A stretch of 33,608 bases of DNA from Bdellovibrionia bacterium (GCA_045805065.1 JBJMMA010000183.1:1-33608); one strand, 5' to 3'. Counted from the stretch's first letter, positions 1 through 9,254 are shown. Notes: generated by a model not told the origin, from the sequence alone. A program made the numbers and translations.

Positions 1-2
1 AA

Positions 3-863
3 CTCTCGGCCATCTCACCTTCTGATCCGCTGCGACGATACTTGGAAGAAGTGCGCCATTATCCCCTTCTGGACCCTCATCAGGAGTTCGCACTGGTCGC
101 CAAGATGAAGAACGAGGGCGACCTTCAGGCGGCTAAAGCGCTCGTTCAAGCCAATCTGCGGCTCGTTGTGAAGATCGCGTTTGAGTACCGAAGTATCTAC
201 GCCAATGTCCTGGACCTGATTCAGGAAGGCAATATCGGCCTGATGAAAGCCGTCTCGAAATTTGACCCGACCAAAGGGGCCAGACTGGGCTACTACGCCT
301 CCTGGTGGATTCGCTCTTACATCCTTAAATACCTTTTAGACAATTTCCGCCTGGTAAAGGTCGGTACAACTCAGGCCCAGAAAAAACTCTTCTACCATCT
401 CATGAGAGAAAAAGAGCGGCTTGAGGCCCAGGGCTTATTAGCTGGCCCTAAACTTTTGGCCGAAAAGCTAAACGTGCGCGAAAAGGACGTCATTGAAATG
501 GAACATCGGCTTTCGGGCCGAGGGGCTGAACTTTCCATTGATGCCCCTGTTGACCGGTCGGATGATGGTCCAACAAGCACCCATGGTGAGTTTTTAACTG
601 ATAATCATGAGCCTGCGGATGAACGATTAGCTCGCAACCAGCTCATTCAAATGATAAAGGATCGCCTGCCTGAGTTTCAGGAGACGCTCAACGATAAGGA
701 GCGGAAACTTCTGACCGAGCGATTACTCGCAGAAGAGCCTAAAACTCTTCAGGAAGTTGCCGACCAATACGGCCTGACCCGGGAACGGGCGCGCCAGATT
801 GAGGCTAAAGTTGTTCAAAAACTCAGGGAATTTTTGCGTCTTGGACCATCGGAAACTGAATAG
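3..863 (+). CDS. rpoH: RNA polymerase sigma-32 family factor (5'-truncated by the window edge)
   Basis: The frame is open from position 3 (LSAISPSDPLRRYLEEV). It has sigma70 region 2 (NLRLVVKIA, DLIQEGNIGLMKAV.KFDP, YASWWIR), an RpoH box (VKVGTTQAQKKLFY) and a region 4 HTH (TLQEVADQYGLTRERARQIE). Confidence 0.88.
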   Translation, partial: LSAISPSDPLRRYLEEVRHYPLLDPHQEFALVAKMKNEGDLQAAKALVQANLRLVVKIAFEYRSIYANVLDLIQEGNIGLMKAVSKFDPTKGARLGYYASWWIRSYILKYLLDNFRLVKVGTTQAQKKLFYHLMREKERLEAQGLLAGPKLLAEKLNVREKDVIEMEHRLSGRGAELSIDAPVDRSDDGPTSTHGEFLTDNHEPADERLARNQLIQMIKDRLPEFQETLNDKERKLLTERLLAEEPKTLQEVADQYGLTRERARQIEAKVVQKLREFLRLGPSETE

Positions 864-884
864 CAGAAACCAGATTTCTGCTTT
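862..884 (+). terminator. Short hairpin after rpoH, possible terminator
   Basis: AGCAGAAA-ccaga-TTTCTGCT overlaps the stop codon; the following T tail is very short. Confidence 0.35.
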
Positions 885-936
885 ACAGGCCATGGCCGCC
901 CATGTTAACCCCCATAAAAAATAAATAGGAAAAACA

Positions 937-1215
937 ATGGCTGGAAAAACAGTAATTAGAGAAAAGAAAGCTGCAATCGTTAAGAAATTCGCTCAAGGCG
1001 CTGCTGATACCGGTTCTACCGAAGTTCAAGTCGCTTTGTTGACGACTCACATCAACGAACTCAACGAACACTTCAAGACCCACCCAAAGGATCATCACTC
1101 CAAGCGTGGACTTCTTAAAATGGTTGGCCAGCGCCGCCGTCTCTTGAATTATCTCAAGAAATCCGACACCAAGCGCTACTCCCAGCTCATTTCTTCCCTC
1201 GAACTCCGTAAGTAA
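937..1215 (+). CDS. rpsO: 30S ribosomal protein S15
   Basis: Motifs [13 protein letters not shown] and [25 protein letters not shown]; lies upstream of pnp. Confidence 0.98.
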   Translation: MAGKTVIREKKAAIVKKFAQGAADTGSTEVQVALLTTHINELNEHFKTHPKDHHSKRGLLKMVGQRRRLLNYLKKSDTKRYSQLISSLELRK

Positions 1216-1282
1216 TTCGAGTTCAGGAAGCCAGTTTCGTTCTGCGCACTCTAAGCGGCATTACGACACAATTTAGCTTTAA

Positions 1283-1328
1283 GACAGCACCTTGCCAGCC
1301 TGAATTCTCGGGCAGGCAGGGCTCTGTC
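1283..1328 (+). promoter_or_regulatory. Long imperfect stem-loop in the pnp leader (candidate RNase III processing site)
   Basis: GACAG.cac.CTTGCC.a.GCCTGA-attc-TCGGGC.a.GGCAGG.gct.CTGTC forms a ~20-bp bulged stem between rpsO and pnp, with no U tail. Confidence 0.55.
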
Positions 1329-1363
1329 CATTTCTTAACTACTGTTCTCTCCAAGGAGACCTT

Positions 1364-3634
1364 ATGATTCATCGTGTATCTTGTGAGATGGGCGGCAAAA
1401 CGCTGACCATCGAAACGGGCAAAATGGCTAAACAAGCAGACGGTTCTGTTCTTGTTAGCTATGGCGACACCCGCGTACTTGTCACTGCCTGCTCCGCCTC
1501 GGAGCCTCGTGCTGGCGCTGACTTCTTCCCACTCACCGTCGAATTTGCTGAAAAATTCTACGCTGCCGGAAAAATCCCAGGCAGCTTCCACAAGCGCGAA
1601 GGCCGCCCAACTCAAGAAGCCACTCTTTCGGCTCGCTTGATTGACCGCCCTATCCGCCCACTCTTCCCAGAAGGCTACTTCTACGACACGCAAGTCGTCG
1701 CTACCGTACTTTCGGTTGATCCAGAAGCGGATGTTGATGTCGCTGCAGCAGCAGGTGCATCGGCAGCTCTCGCGATCTCTGACATCCCATTCAACGGACC
1801 AACGGCAGCATGCCGCATGGGCCGCATCGATGGCCAATACGTCGTCAACCCAACCTGGGAACAGATCGACAAGCAAGTCACCGACATGGAAATCATGATC
1901 GCTGGCACCAAGAATGCCATCATGATGGTTGAAGGCGGCGCTCGCGAAGTTCCTGAAGCGGACGTTCTCGAAGCGATCGTTCGCGGCCACAAGGAAATCC
2001 AGAAAGTCGTCGCAATCGTCGAAGAATTGCAACGCCTCTGCGGAAAGAAAAAGCGCGAATTCACGCCAGTAACGGTTGAAGCAACCTTGAAGCAAAAAGT
2101 GGAAGGCCTTGCAAAAGCAGGACTCCAAAAAGCTCTCAAGACCAAAGAAAAGCATGCTCGCTATGAATTGGTTGCACAAACCAAGAAAGCGACTCTTGAA
2201 GCTCTCGTTCCAGCATCGATGAAGGAAGCTCAGCCAAAGCAAGCTGACGCTCTTGAAAAAGACGTTAAGTCCGCTTTCGATCTCCTTCAATACAACCTGA
2301 TGCGCGAAATGATTCTCTCTGAGAAGACCCGTATCGACGGCCGCGATCTTACGACCGTCCGTCCGATCTCGGTTGAAGCTGGAATTCTGCCACGTACGCA
2401 CGGCAGCTCTCTCTTCACCCGTGGTGAAACGCAGGTTCTCTCAGTGGTCACTCTCGGCACCTCAGACGACGAGCAAATCGTCGATACGATGTTCCAGAAC
2501 TCCATGCGCAAGTTCATGCTCCACTACAACTTCCCACCGTACAGCGTGGGCGAGACCGGACGCATGGGCGGCCAAAGCCGTCGCGAAATCGGCCACGGCG
2601 CTCTTGCTGAGCGCTCGATCAAAGCAATGATGCCTGCGTACGAAGCATTCCCGTACACGGTCCGCATTGTTTGCGAAACGCTTGAGTCCAACGGCTCCTC
2701 TTCCATGGGTTCCGTCTGCTCGGCTTCGATGGCTCTCATGGACGCTGGCGTGCCTTATCCTAAGGCTGTTGCTGGTATCGCCATGGGCCTCATTAAAGAA
2801 GGCGATCGTTCCTCGATCCTCACCGACATTCTCGGTGACGAAGATCACTTGGGCGATATGGACTTCAAAGTGGCGGGCACCAAAGAAGGCATCACTGGCA
2901 TTCAGATGGACATCAAGATCGAAGGCATCGACGAAAACATCATGCGCACTGCTCTTCAGCAAGCACGTGAAGGACGTCTCCACATCTTGGGCGAGATGGC
3001 TAAGGCAATCGAAGCTCCTAAGGCGGAGATGTCGTTGTTTGCTCCTCGCATCACCACGATCACGGTTCCAGTCGACAAGATTCGTGAAGTCATCGGCTCC
3101 GGCGGCAAGGTCATCAGAGACATCGTTGCTCAGACCGGATGCAAGATCGACATTAACGATGACGGCAAGGTCAACATCGCCACCAATGATGCCAAGGCCG
3201 CTCAAAAGGCGATCGACATCATCAAGGGCATTGTTGCTGAAGTTGAAGTCGGCAAGACCTATAAGGGCATCGTCAAGAAGATCGTCGATTTCGGCGCCTT
3301 CATCGGCGTGATGCCAAATCAAGACGGACTCCTCCATATTTCTGAAATCGCTCACGAGCGCGTGAACGTCGTTACCGATTTCATGAAGGAAGGCGATGAA
3401 GTCGAAGTGAAGGTCATCGAAGTCGACAAGTCCGGAAAGATCCGCTTGTCCCGTAAGGCCCTTCTCCCTCCTCCTCCAGGCGGCGTTCCACAACGCGGCG
3501 AAGGCGGCGGCGGTGGAGATCGTGGACCTCGCGGTGGTGACCGCGGCGGACGTGGCGGCGATCGCGGACCTCGCGGTGGCGGAGATCGTGGACCTCGTCC
3601 ACAGAGCTCCCAAGGCCAAGGCGGAAATCAGTAA
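1364..3634 (+). CDS. pnp: Polyribonucleotide nucleotidyltransferase (PNPase) with a C-terminal RGG-rich tail
   Basis: Motifs FFPLTV, RLIDRPIRPLF, RREIGHGALAE, ESNGSSSM, DHLGDMDFKVAGT, then KH and S1 domains; SD AAGGAG upstream. Confidence 0.99.
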   Translation: MIHRVSCEMGGKTLTIETGKMAKQADGSVLVSYGDTRVLVTACSASEPRAGADFFPLTVEFAEKFYAAGKIPGSFHKREGRPTQEATLSARLIDRPIRPLFPEGYFYDTQVVATVLSVDPEADVDVAAAAGASAALAISDIPFNGPTAACRMGRIDGQYVVNPTWEQIDKQVTDMEIMIAGTKNAIMMVEGGAREVPEADVLEAIVRGHKEIQKVVAIVEELQRLCGKKKREFTPVTVEATLKQKVEGLAKAGLQKALKTKEKHARYELVAQTKKATLEALVPASMKEAQPKQADALEKDVKSAFDLLQYNLMREMILSEKTRIDGRDLTTVRPISVEAGILPRTHGSSLFTRGETQVLSVVTLGTSDDEQIVDTMFQNSMRKFMLHYNFPPYSVGETGRMGGQSRREIGHGALAERSIKAMMPAYEAFPYTVRIVCETLESNGSSSMGSVCSASMALMDAGVPYPKAVAGIAMGLIKEGDRSSILTDILGDEDHLGDMDFKVAGTKEGITGIQMDIKIEGIDENIMRTALQQAREGRLHILGEMAKAIEAPKAEMSLFAPRITTITVPVDKIREVIGSGGKVIRDIVAQTGCKIDINDDGKVNIATNDAKAAQKAIDIIKGIVAEVEVGKTYKGIVKKIVDFGAFIGVMPNQDGLLHISEIAHERVNVVTDFMKEGDEVEVKVIEVDKSGKIRLSRKALLPPPPGGVPQRGEGGGGGDRGPRGGDRGGRGGDRGPRGGGDRGPRPQSSQGQGGNQ
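3502..3600 (+). repeat. GGDRGPR/GGDRGGR repeat tail of PNPase
   Basis: Protein reads GGGGGDRGPRGGDRGGRGGDRGPRGGGDRGPR; DNA units gatcgtggacctcg / gatcgcggacctcg recur three times. Confidence 0.85.
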
Positions 3635-3645
3635 TTTTCGCTAGC

Positions 3646-3678
3646 AGCTCGCAGCAGGGCGTAAGCCCTGCCTGAGCT
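3646..3678 (+). other. GNRA-capped 3' stem-loop preceding the pnp terminator
   Basis: AGCTC..GCAGGGC-GTAA-GCCCTGC..GAGCT. Confidence 0.6.
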
Positions 3679-3691
3679 TCGCAAAAAGTAC

Positions 3692-3730
3692 AAAGCCCCG
3701 GCATCGCAAGATGCTGGGGCTTTTTGTTTT
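3692..3730 (+). terminator. Rho-independent terminator of rpsO-pnp, possibly bidirectional
   Basis: AAAGCCCCGGCATC-GCAA-GATGCTGGGGCTTT followed by TTGTTTT; lies between convergent genes. Confidence 0.9.
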
Positions 3731-3750
3731 CTTAATGGCCTAAGAAAAAC

Positions 3751-4662
3751 TTAGAGCATCATCCAGCTGAGCGTCATGCCAAAGGACGTGTTGTCCAATG
3801 AGATGCGTCCGCCGGTGTAAACATTGAGGTAAGGATTGACCTCAAGGCTTGGCGTAATATGCCAAAGAACACCAGGCTGGAAGTCCGTGCCTTGGTTATC
3901 CAGCACACCGACATCATCGCCGTACGAATGAGTTGCGCCGAGTTCGTAAAGGAACGTCAGGGCCACCGTGTCGCTGATGGAATAATTCACTGCCGGTGCA
4001 AGGTAGAGATCCAGGTCGTTGCCCGATCCGAGCTTTCCAAAGTGGTTATAGCGAGCCGAAGCGTAAACCCCTGGGGACCAGCGGCTGTCATCGATCGTAT
4101 AGCTGAAGTAGTGGAAAGTCTGGAAGCCCACGAGAAGGTCGTTGAGCCGTGAAGCATCAGACACCGCAAAGTGAACGCGAGCGTCACCGTACCAGTTAAA
4201 TCCGCCGAAGTTCAGAATGGAATTGTTCGCGACACGGATCGAAGGATCCTGCATTGCAAACTGCTGAGCTGGCGCGCTTGGCGTATAAGTGAAGTAGCCC
4301 GTCGCGGCAATCGCGTAACGATCGTTGATATCGTAACCGGCAGTCACAAAGTTTTTCAGAAAAACAGGGCGACCCTGATCCTTCTGAGTAAATGGGCCTG
4401 CCTGATAACGGTTCGGATTCGTGACCGAGGAACCGTAATAAATTCCGTAGTAATTGAGCCAGACACGATCCTTAAAGGATCGATCACTGACGGAGTAACC
4501 GACATCATCGGACTCCGAGACCTCTTCTTGCGTATCGTATGCGCCCACTTCACTAGGTGCGGTTTGCACTTCCGCTGCAGCTCGAAGTGGAATAACCGAG
4601 ACTCCAAGACCGAGCAATGCTGCGTTCGCCAACCATTTCAACGAAACCCTATTCTGGTGCAT
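3751..4662 (-). CDS. Secreted, probable outer-membrane beta-barrel protein of unknown function
   Basis: N-terminal signal peptide (AALLGLGVSVIPLRAAA), many amphipathic aromatic-rich strands, and a C-terminal strand SFGMTLSW. Confidence 0.65.
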   Translation of the reverse strand: MHQNRVSLKWLANAALLGLGVSVIPLRAAAEVQTAPSEVGAYDTQEEVSESDDVGYSVSDRSFKDRVWLNYYGIYYGSSVTNPNRYQAGPFTQKDQGRPVFLKNFVTAGYDINDRYAIAATGYFTYTPSAPAQQFAMQDPSIRVANNSILNFGGFNWYGDARVHFAVSDASRLNDLLVGFQTFHYFSYTIDDSRWSPGVYASARYNHFGKLGSGNDLDLYLAPAVNYSISDTVALTFLYELGATHSYGDDVGVLDNQGTDFQPGVLWHITPSLEVNPYLNVYTGGRISLDNTSFGMTLSWMML

Positions 4663-4692
4663 CTATGGACCCCCCGAATGGAGGTCAGCACA

Positions 4693-4708
4693 AGCAAGCA
4701 GCTTGCCA
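4693..4708 (-). promoter_or_regulatory. Sigma54 (-24/-12) promoter of the outer-membrane protein gene
   Basis: Minus strand reads TGGCAAGCTGCTTGCT against consensus TGGCACG-N4-TTGCW; 30 nt upstream of the ATG at 4662. Confidence 0.6.
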
Positions 4709-4731
4709 GAGTTGGGGAAATCGCAAGATTG

Positions 4732-5919
4732 CTATCGAACGCGAATCATCAAAACATCTTGAACGTTGGATTGAGACGCTTTGGAACGAGGCTGAACCAG
4801 TGCTTCGAGCTTGGATAGAATCGGAGCAGATTGATACTCGCGCAACGCTTTCTGAACTTCCCCAGAGCTCATCAACGCAAAGCGCTTTGGAAAATTCTCA
4901 GTATCCATCCAAACGCCCGCAGCGCCTGAATTTCCGTCACTTCCATCACTACTCATGGCAAGAATTTCCACTCGTCCTTGAAGAACCCAAGGCCTTAGCT
5001 TCTGCGCAATGGCCAGCGCAAGATGGGATTGCCTTCCCCCCTTTTGAAAGGTCCGGCTCCCCTTCTTTTTTGCAGGAAGTCGAACGGATGGCTCGCCTCC
5101 AAAAATAAATAGACCCGAGCGATTTTCGCGCAGAGTCGGAGTGACTTTCAGGATTGCGGAGTGCACCCAACTTTGCCAACTGCCAAGCTGGCCTGATGAA
5201 GAATGCAGAATGGAAATCTTTCGTCTGCGAGCCTCAGATTCCAATGCCTTGACCCAAGTCGAATTGTCCGCAAGAACAGTGTGTGGGATTTTACCATCCC
5301 AGAAGGGGCCGCTTCCAACAACGGAAGCATCAAAAGGAGCCACGTCTGACAAAAGGAAGACTCGCGCCTTAACCTGGGGTGCCAAACGCTCGAGCCATCG
5401 TGCTGCTCCCCCGCCCTTGAGCTGACAAAGCTGCGCGCGCTTTGCGTTCAGCTCCTGAATGTTCAAGCCTGCTCTGTAAAGCGCCTGCAGCTTCGACAAA
5501 AGCTCCTGCCGTGACATTCCAGCCCTTGGAAGCCACATCAGACTTGAGGCGCCTCCCGACAAGAAGACGGTCAGGCGCTTTGCCCTCGATCTTCTGAGAG
5601 AGTCAAAAAACTCTAAAAGCTCGCATCCGGCGCGAAAACTACCCTCGCCAGGAAGTGGATGCTCGGCAGCGATCCATTGTCCTGCGTGTTTGACCTTCTT
5701 TCCGGAATCACCTCCGGTCCCCTGAGGATAAATGCCCAAGATCGGTTGATTGGATGAATCCAACTCCCGAAGTGCCTCAAAAAACCGTTCAGAAGCCTTC
5801 CCTAAAAAGAGGTAAGCATCTCCTTGAAACGTCTTCGGAGATCGCCTTTTTAAAAGGTAAACCGGGTCCACATTGTGAACTGTTAAGCTTAATAGCTGCA
5901 AGAGACTGTTTTTATTCAT
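4732..5919 (-). CDS. Glycerate 2-kinase-like protein (DUF4147/MOFRL family)
   Basis: Motifs LGKA, AEHPLP, FLSGGASSL, LKGGG, LSDV, GSGP, GGEP, GGRQ, SDGSDG, SNVQD. Confidence 0.85.
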   Translation of the reverse strand: MNKNSLLQLLSLTVHNVDPVYLLKRRSPKTFQGDAYLFLGKASERFFEALRELDSSNQPILGIYPQGTGGDSGKKVKHAGQWIAAEHPLPGEGSFRAGCELLEFFDSLRRSRAKRLTVFLSGGASSLMWLPRAGMSRQELLSKLQALYRAGLNIQELNAKRAQLCQLKGGGAARWLERLAPQVKARVFLLSDVAPFDASVVGSGPFWDGKIPHTVLADNSTWVKALESEARRRKISILHSSSGQLGSWQSWVHSAILKVTPTLRENRSGLFIFGGEPSVRLPAKKKGSRTFQKGGRQSHLALAIAQKLRPWVLQGRVEILAMSSDGSDGNSGAAGVWMDTENFPKRFALMSSGEVQKALREYQSAPILSKLEALVQPRSKASQSNVQDVLMIRVR

Positions 5920-5939
5920 TTATTCCTTAAAAATGAAAT

Positions 5940-5969
5940 TTGAGGTTCCTTAAACTTTCAAGCTATAAT
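5940..5969 (+). promoter_or_regulatory. Sigma70 promoter, probably giving a leaderless mRNA
   Basis: TTGAGG-N18-TATAAT (TATAAT at 5964-5969) lies 6 nt before ATG 5976; no SD. Confidence 0.45.
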
Positions 5970-5975
5970 CTTTAT

Positions 5976-7061
5976 ATGCCGAATGGCGTCTCAACCGACC
6001 AATGGTTTCTCGAGGTAAATGGAAAGAAATTTGGGCCATACACCATGGCTCAGATTAACGCCTTGGTTCGACACCACGAAATCGTGGGAGAAGACAAAGT
6101 CACGGCTCCTCACCTCAGCGGTAAATGGATTTCCGTTCAAGAATTCGTCAGCCAGAATGAACCTACGGTAGCGGTGGCAGCTCCGCCAGCGCCTAAAGCT
6201 TCGGTTGTGCCTCCGCGTCCTGATGAGCGCACTTTGACTTCGATTACGGCGCCTTCGCATCACTCGGGCGAACCTCGTAAATCCAACTCCAACTCTGACG
6301 CGGTTTTAAATCTTTTTGAAATTCTGCAAGCTGCGCGCGAGCGCAAACCCCAAAACCCGACTCCAAATTCCGTAGGGCACTCGGTCATCGAGATGCCACG
6401 TCCGGTGAAGACTTCCTCGGGCGCAGGATTGTTCTGGTTGGCAGTGCCTGCCATGGTTGTCGTAGCGATTGCAGCCTGGAAAATGACCAGCTCAAATCCC
6501 GCTCCAGCACCGGTTGCGGAAAATGAAACTCCAGTCAAAGCAGCAGCCCCTGCTCCCGCTCAAAAGAGTGCGCCCGTTACGGCAAGCGCACCTGCCGCTA
6601 AGCCTGTTCAAGCGCGGACTGTGGCAACCACCACTCCTCCGCCAAGAGCAAAAACCGTTATCTCATCCCTTGCTCCAAACTCTATCGGACGCCAAGCACT
6701 TCATCCCGCCCCTGCCGCCAATGATCGCGAACGCGAACGTGAACTTGAGCGTGAAAGAGAGCGCGAAGCGGAACGCGAGCTTGAACGTGAAAAAGCGCGT
6801 GATGCCGAATACGCTCGCAGTGGCAGTCAAAACGACTCTTATCGCGGCGACCGAGAGCGTGAGCGCGAAAGAGAAACCGAGCGAGATCATCGGGATTCCA
6901 AAGATCGCTCGACCGCTTCGAATAATGCCAGTGGTAATGGCGCCAATGACTCTGGAAACGGAACAGAGGCCCTTGTAACAGGCGGCACGCCAGCTGATCC
7001 TGCTGCCTTCAGGGATAATCCAGACAATCCTTCTCGTTCTAACTCCCCTCAGTTCCAGTAA
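5976..7061 (+). CDS. GYF_2 (DUF4339) domain single-pass membrane protein with Pro/Ala and Arg/Glu low-complexity regions
   Basis: WFLEVNGKKFGPYTMAQINALV...W is the GYF_2 signature; TM segment LFWLAVPAMVVVAIAAW; ERERERELERERE tract. ATG 5976 is preferred over TTG 5940. Confidence 0.75.
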   Translation: MPNGVSTDQWFLEVNGKKFGPYTMAQINALVRHHEIVGEDKVTAPHLSGKWISVQEFVSQNEPTVAVAAPPAPKASVVPPRPDERTLTSITAPSHHSGEPRKSNSNSDAVLNLFEILQAARERKPQNPTPNSVGHSVIEMPRPVKTSSGAGLFWLAVPAMVVVAIAAWKMTSSNPAPAPVAENETPVKAAAPAPAQKSAPVTASAPAAKPVQARTVATTTPPPRAKTVISSLAPNSIGRQALHPAPAANDRERERELEREREREAERELEREKARDAEYARSGSQNDSYRGDRERERERETERDHRDSKDRSTASNNASGNGANDSGNGTEALVTGGTPADPAAFRDNPDNPSRSNSPQFQ

Positions 7062-7123
7062 GCCCCTGCTCTCTCACTTTCTAATGGACGGTCCTGCCAA
7101 AGGCAAAGTATGCCTGAATCTCT

Positions 7124-7780
7124 ATGGCACGTACGCGTCGAACTGGCTTGTTCATCACCTTTGAAGGAACTGAAGGGGCTGGAAAATCCACCCTCATTTC
7201 CATTTTAGCTACCGAGCTGAAGCGCCACTTTGAGAGCCAAGGCATGAATCGCGGCGTCACCGTGACTCGCGAGCCAGGTGGAAGCGGCGTTGCTGAAAAG
7301 ATCCGTGGCGTGATCCTGAACGAAGAGATGGATCCATGGTGCGAGCTTTTTCTTTATGAAGCCGCTCGCGCTGAGCATCTGGCCCGTACCGTGTTTCCGG
7401 CGCTTGAGCGCGGAGACTGGGTTCTCTGTGATCGCTTTACCGACTCATCACTTGCCTATCAGTCTCACGCACGCGGGCTTCCCTGGAAAGAAGTCAAAAC
7501 CCTCAACAAGCTTGCCACTCAAAACACGAAGCCCAATCTCACCGTACTGGTCGATATCGATCCAGCCGTGGGACTTGCTCGCGCAAGCGATAAGAACCGT
7601 TTTGAAGCCGAGGGCGTCGCCTTTCAAACCAAAGTCCGCCAGGGGTTTCTGAAATCAAAGAAAGAAGACCCCAAGCGCTGGTACGTGCTTCCTGCAAGCA
7701 ACGCAACGCCTGAAGAAAACGCCCGCAAAGTTCTGAAGGTCATTCTCTCCCGCTTTGAAAAGAAGAAGGTCCGCAAATGA
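7124..7780 (+). CDS. tmk: Thymidylate kinase
   Basis: Motifs FITFEGTEGAGKST, TREPGGS, LCDRFTDSSLAYQ. Confidence 0.97.
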   Translation: MARTRRTGLFITFEGTEGAGKSTLISILATELKRHFESQGMNRGVTVTREPGGSGVAEKIRGVILNEEMDPWCELFLYEAARAEHLARTVFPALERGDWVLCDRFTDSSLAYQSHARGLPWKEVKTLNKLATQNTKPNLTVLVDIDPAVGLARASDKNRFEAEGVAFQTKVRQGFLKSKKEDPKRWYVLPASNATPEENARKVLKVILSRFEKKKVRK

Positions 7781-8964
7781 GCCGCGCATCTTCTGCCGCA
7801 TCTTCGTCCAAAGATGAAACGCCAAAATCCTTACTGCCTCTGCCTGAGGCAGCGATTCGTCATCACATGAAAACACTCGAGGGCCCGATGAAGGAATGGC
7901 GCGAGAAAAAGCGCATTCCTCCCGTGCTTCTCATTACAGGGCTTCCTGGCGTTGGAAAGCGCTCGATGTCCTGGTACCTCTCGCAGTGGATTCTTTGCGA
8001 GCGTAACGGGATTCAATCATCCCAGGATGATGGACAAGATAGCCTCTTTGGAATGGCTCCCCCGCCTCCCGTGGTTGAAGTGGATCCGAACTCCGAGCCT
8101 CGTCCCTGTGGCGAGTGCAGCAACTGCCTGAAAGCCCTTCATGGCACTTGGATTGATTTCACGGAGATCGAATCCGAAGACCAGGATTCTGAAGGCAATG
8201 CCTCAGGCGCGCTGAAAATCGAGCAGTTTCGAAAGCTCAAATCCTCACTGGGATTTGGCGGTCACGACAGCATGTATCGGATCATCTTGATCCCCAATGC
8301 GGATCGTATGACGGTGCAGGCCGCGAACTCGGTTCTCAAACTTCTTGAGGAGCCACCCGCAGGCTGGATCTTTCTCCTGACCGCTGCTGACTCCTCTCTC
8401 ATGCTTCCAACCATCGTCTCGCGCTGTCAGACGATTCGGCTCAAGCCCTTCTCTCGCGATTCGATCGAAGAGCTTTTGCGCCTGGAAGACATTGAGGAGA
8501 AAAAGATCCCGATTTGTGCCGAGCTTGCGCAAGGAAGCTGGGGCAAGGCCGTGGCCTGGACTCAGCCTGAGACTTGGGAAAAGAGAAAGATCATCGTCGA
8601 GTTCATTCAAGACCCGAAGAGTCAGCTCAACGCGCTGGTGGATTGGGCATCAAGCGATCCACGCAATATGGACCGCATGATGGATCAGCTCGAAAGCCTG
8701 GCCTCTGATTTGATCCGCTGGAGTCTCTCCGGAGTCAACCCTTCGGCTCAGCCTGGATCTCCTGAGAACTATCGCTGGATCAATTCTGACGCAAAAACTG
8801 CACTCGTTCAGAACGCAAAAAATGCCCTTAAATTTGGCCATGAGCGCGCCCGCGTCCAATGGCTATCTCGCGCTGAGCGTTTGGCACGTGCCCGGGTTGA
8901 GCTTCAGGCTCCAATTAATCGTAAGCTTTTGGCTCAGGATCTGCTAATGCCTTGGTTAGGCTAA
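7777..8964 (+). CDS. holB: DNA polymerase III subunit delta'
   Basis: GLPGVGK, Zn module C...CGECSNC, AANSVLKLLEEPP, PTIVSRC; ATGA overlap with tmk (conserved tmk-holB synteny). Confidence 0.9.
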   Translation: MSRASSAASSSKDETPKSLLPLPEAAIRHHMKTLEGPMKEWREKKRIPPVLLITGLPGVGKRSMSWYLSQWILCERNGIQSSQDDGQDSLFGMAPPPPVVEVDPNSEPRPCGECSNCLKALHGTWIDFTEIESEDQDSEGNASGALKIEQFRKLKSSLGFGGHDSMYRIILIPNADRMTVQAANSVLKLLEEPPAGWIFLLTAADSSLMLPTIVSRCQTIRLKPFSRDSIEELLRLEDIEEKKIPICAELAQGSWGKAVAWTQPETWEKRKIIVEFIQDPKSQLNALVDWASSDPRNMDRMMDQLESLASDLIRWSLSGVNPSAQPGSPENYRWINSDAKTALVQNAKNALKFGHERARVQWLSRAERLARARVELQAPINRKLLAQDLLMPWLG

Positions 8965-8984
8965 ACTCTGGAAAGGAACTGATT

Positions 8985-9254
8985 ATGACCTTGTCTTTGA
9001 ATAAGAAGTTGTTGGTTTCGGCTTTTGCTCTCGTCTCCGGATTTGCAAACGTTGCTGCAGCACATGATTACGGCTGCATTGCTCAGACTCTGGAAGCTTA
9101 TAACCCTAAGCTTTATTCCAACCTCTCGCCATCAGACATTGACTCTGTCATGAACGGCGTCACTGATCGCCGCCGTCAACTTTTCATCCAGGTCGCCATG
9201 TATTGCGATAACAAAGCGAACGCAGCTGACGATCAAGGCGATGCTTCACTTTAA
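8985..9254 (+). CDS. Small secreted hypothetical protein
   Basis: SD AAGGA before ATG 8985, signal peptide ending VAAA, two Cys in the mature part. Confidence 0.6.
   Translation: MTLSLNKKLLVSAFALVSGFANVAAAHDYGCIAQTLEAYNPKLYSNLSPSDIDSVMNGVTDRRRQLFIQVAMYCDNKANAADDQGDASL

Noticed and set aside
1223..3619. Long minus-strand ORFs 1223..2401 (392 aa) and 2462..3619 (385 aa)
   Set aside because: Antisense shadows of pnp caused by its biased codon usage; no recognisable motifs.
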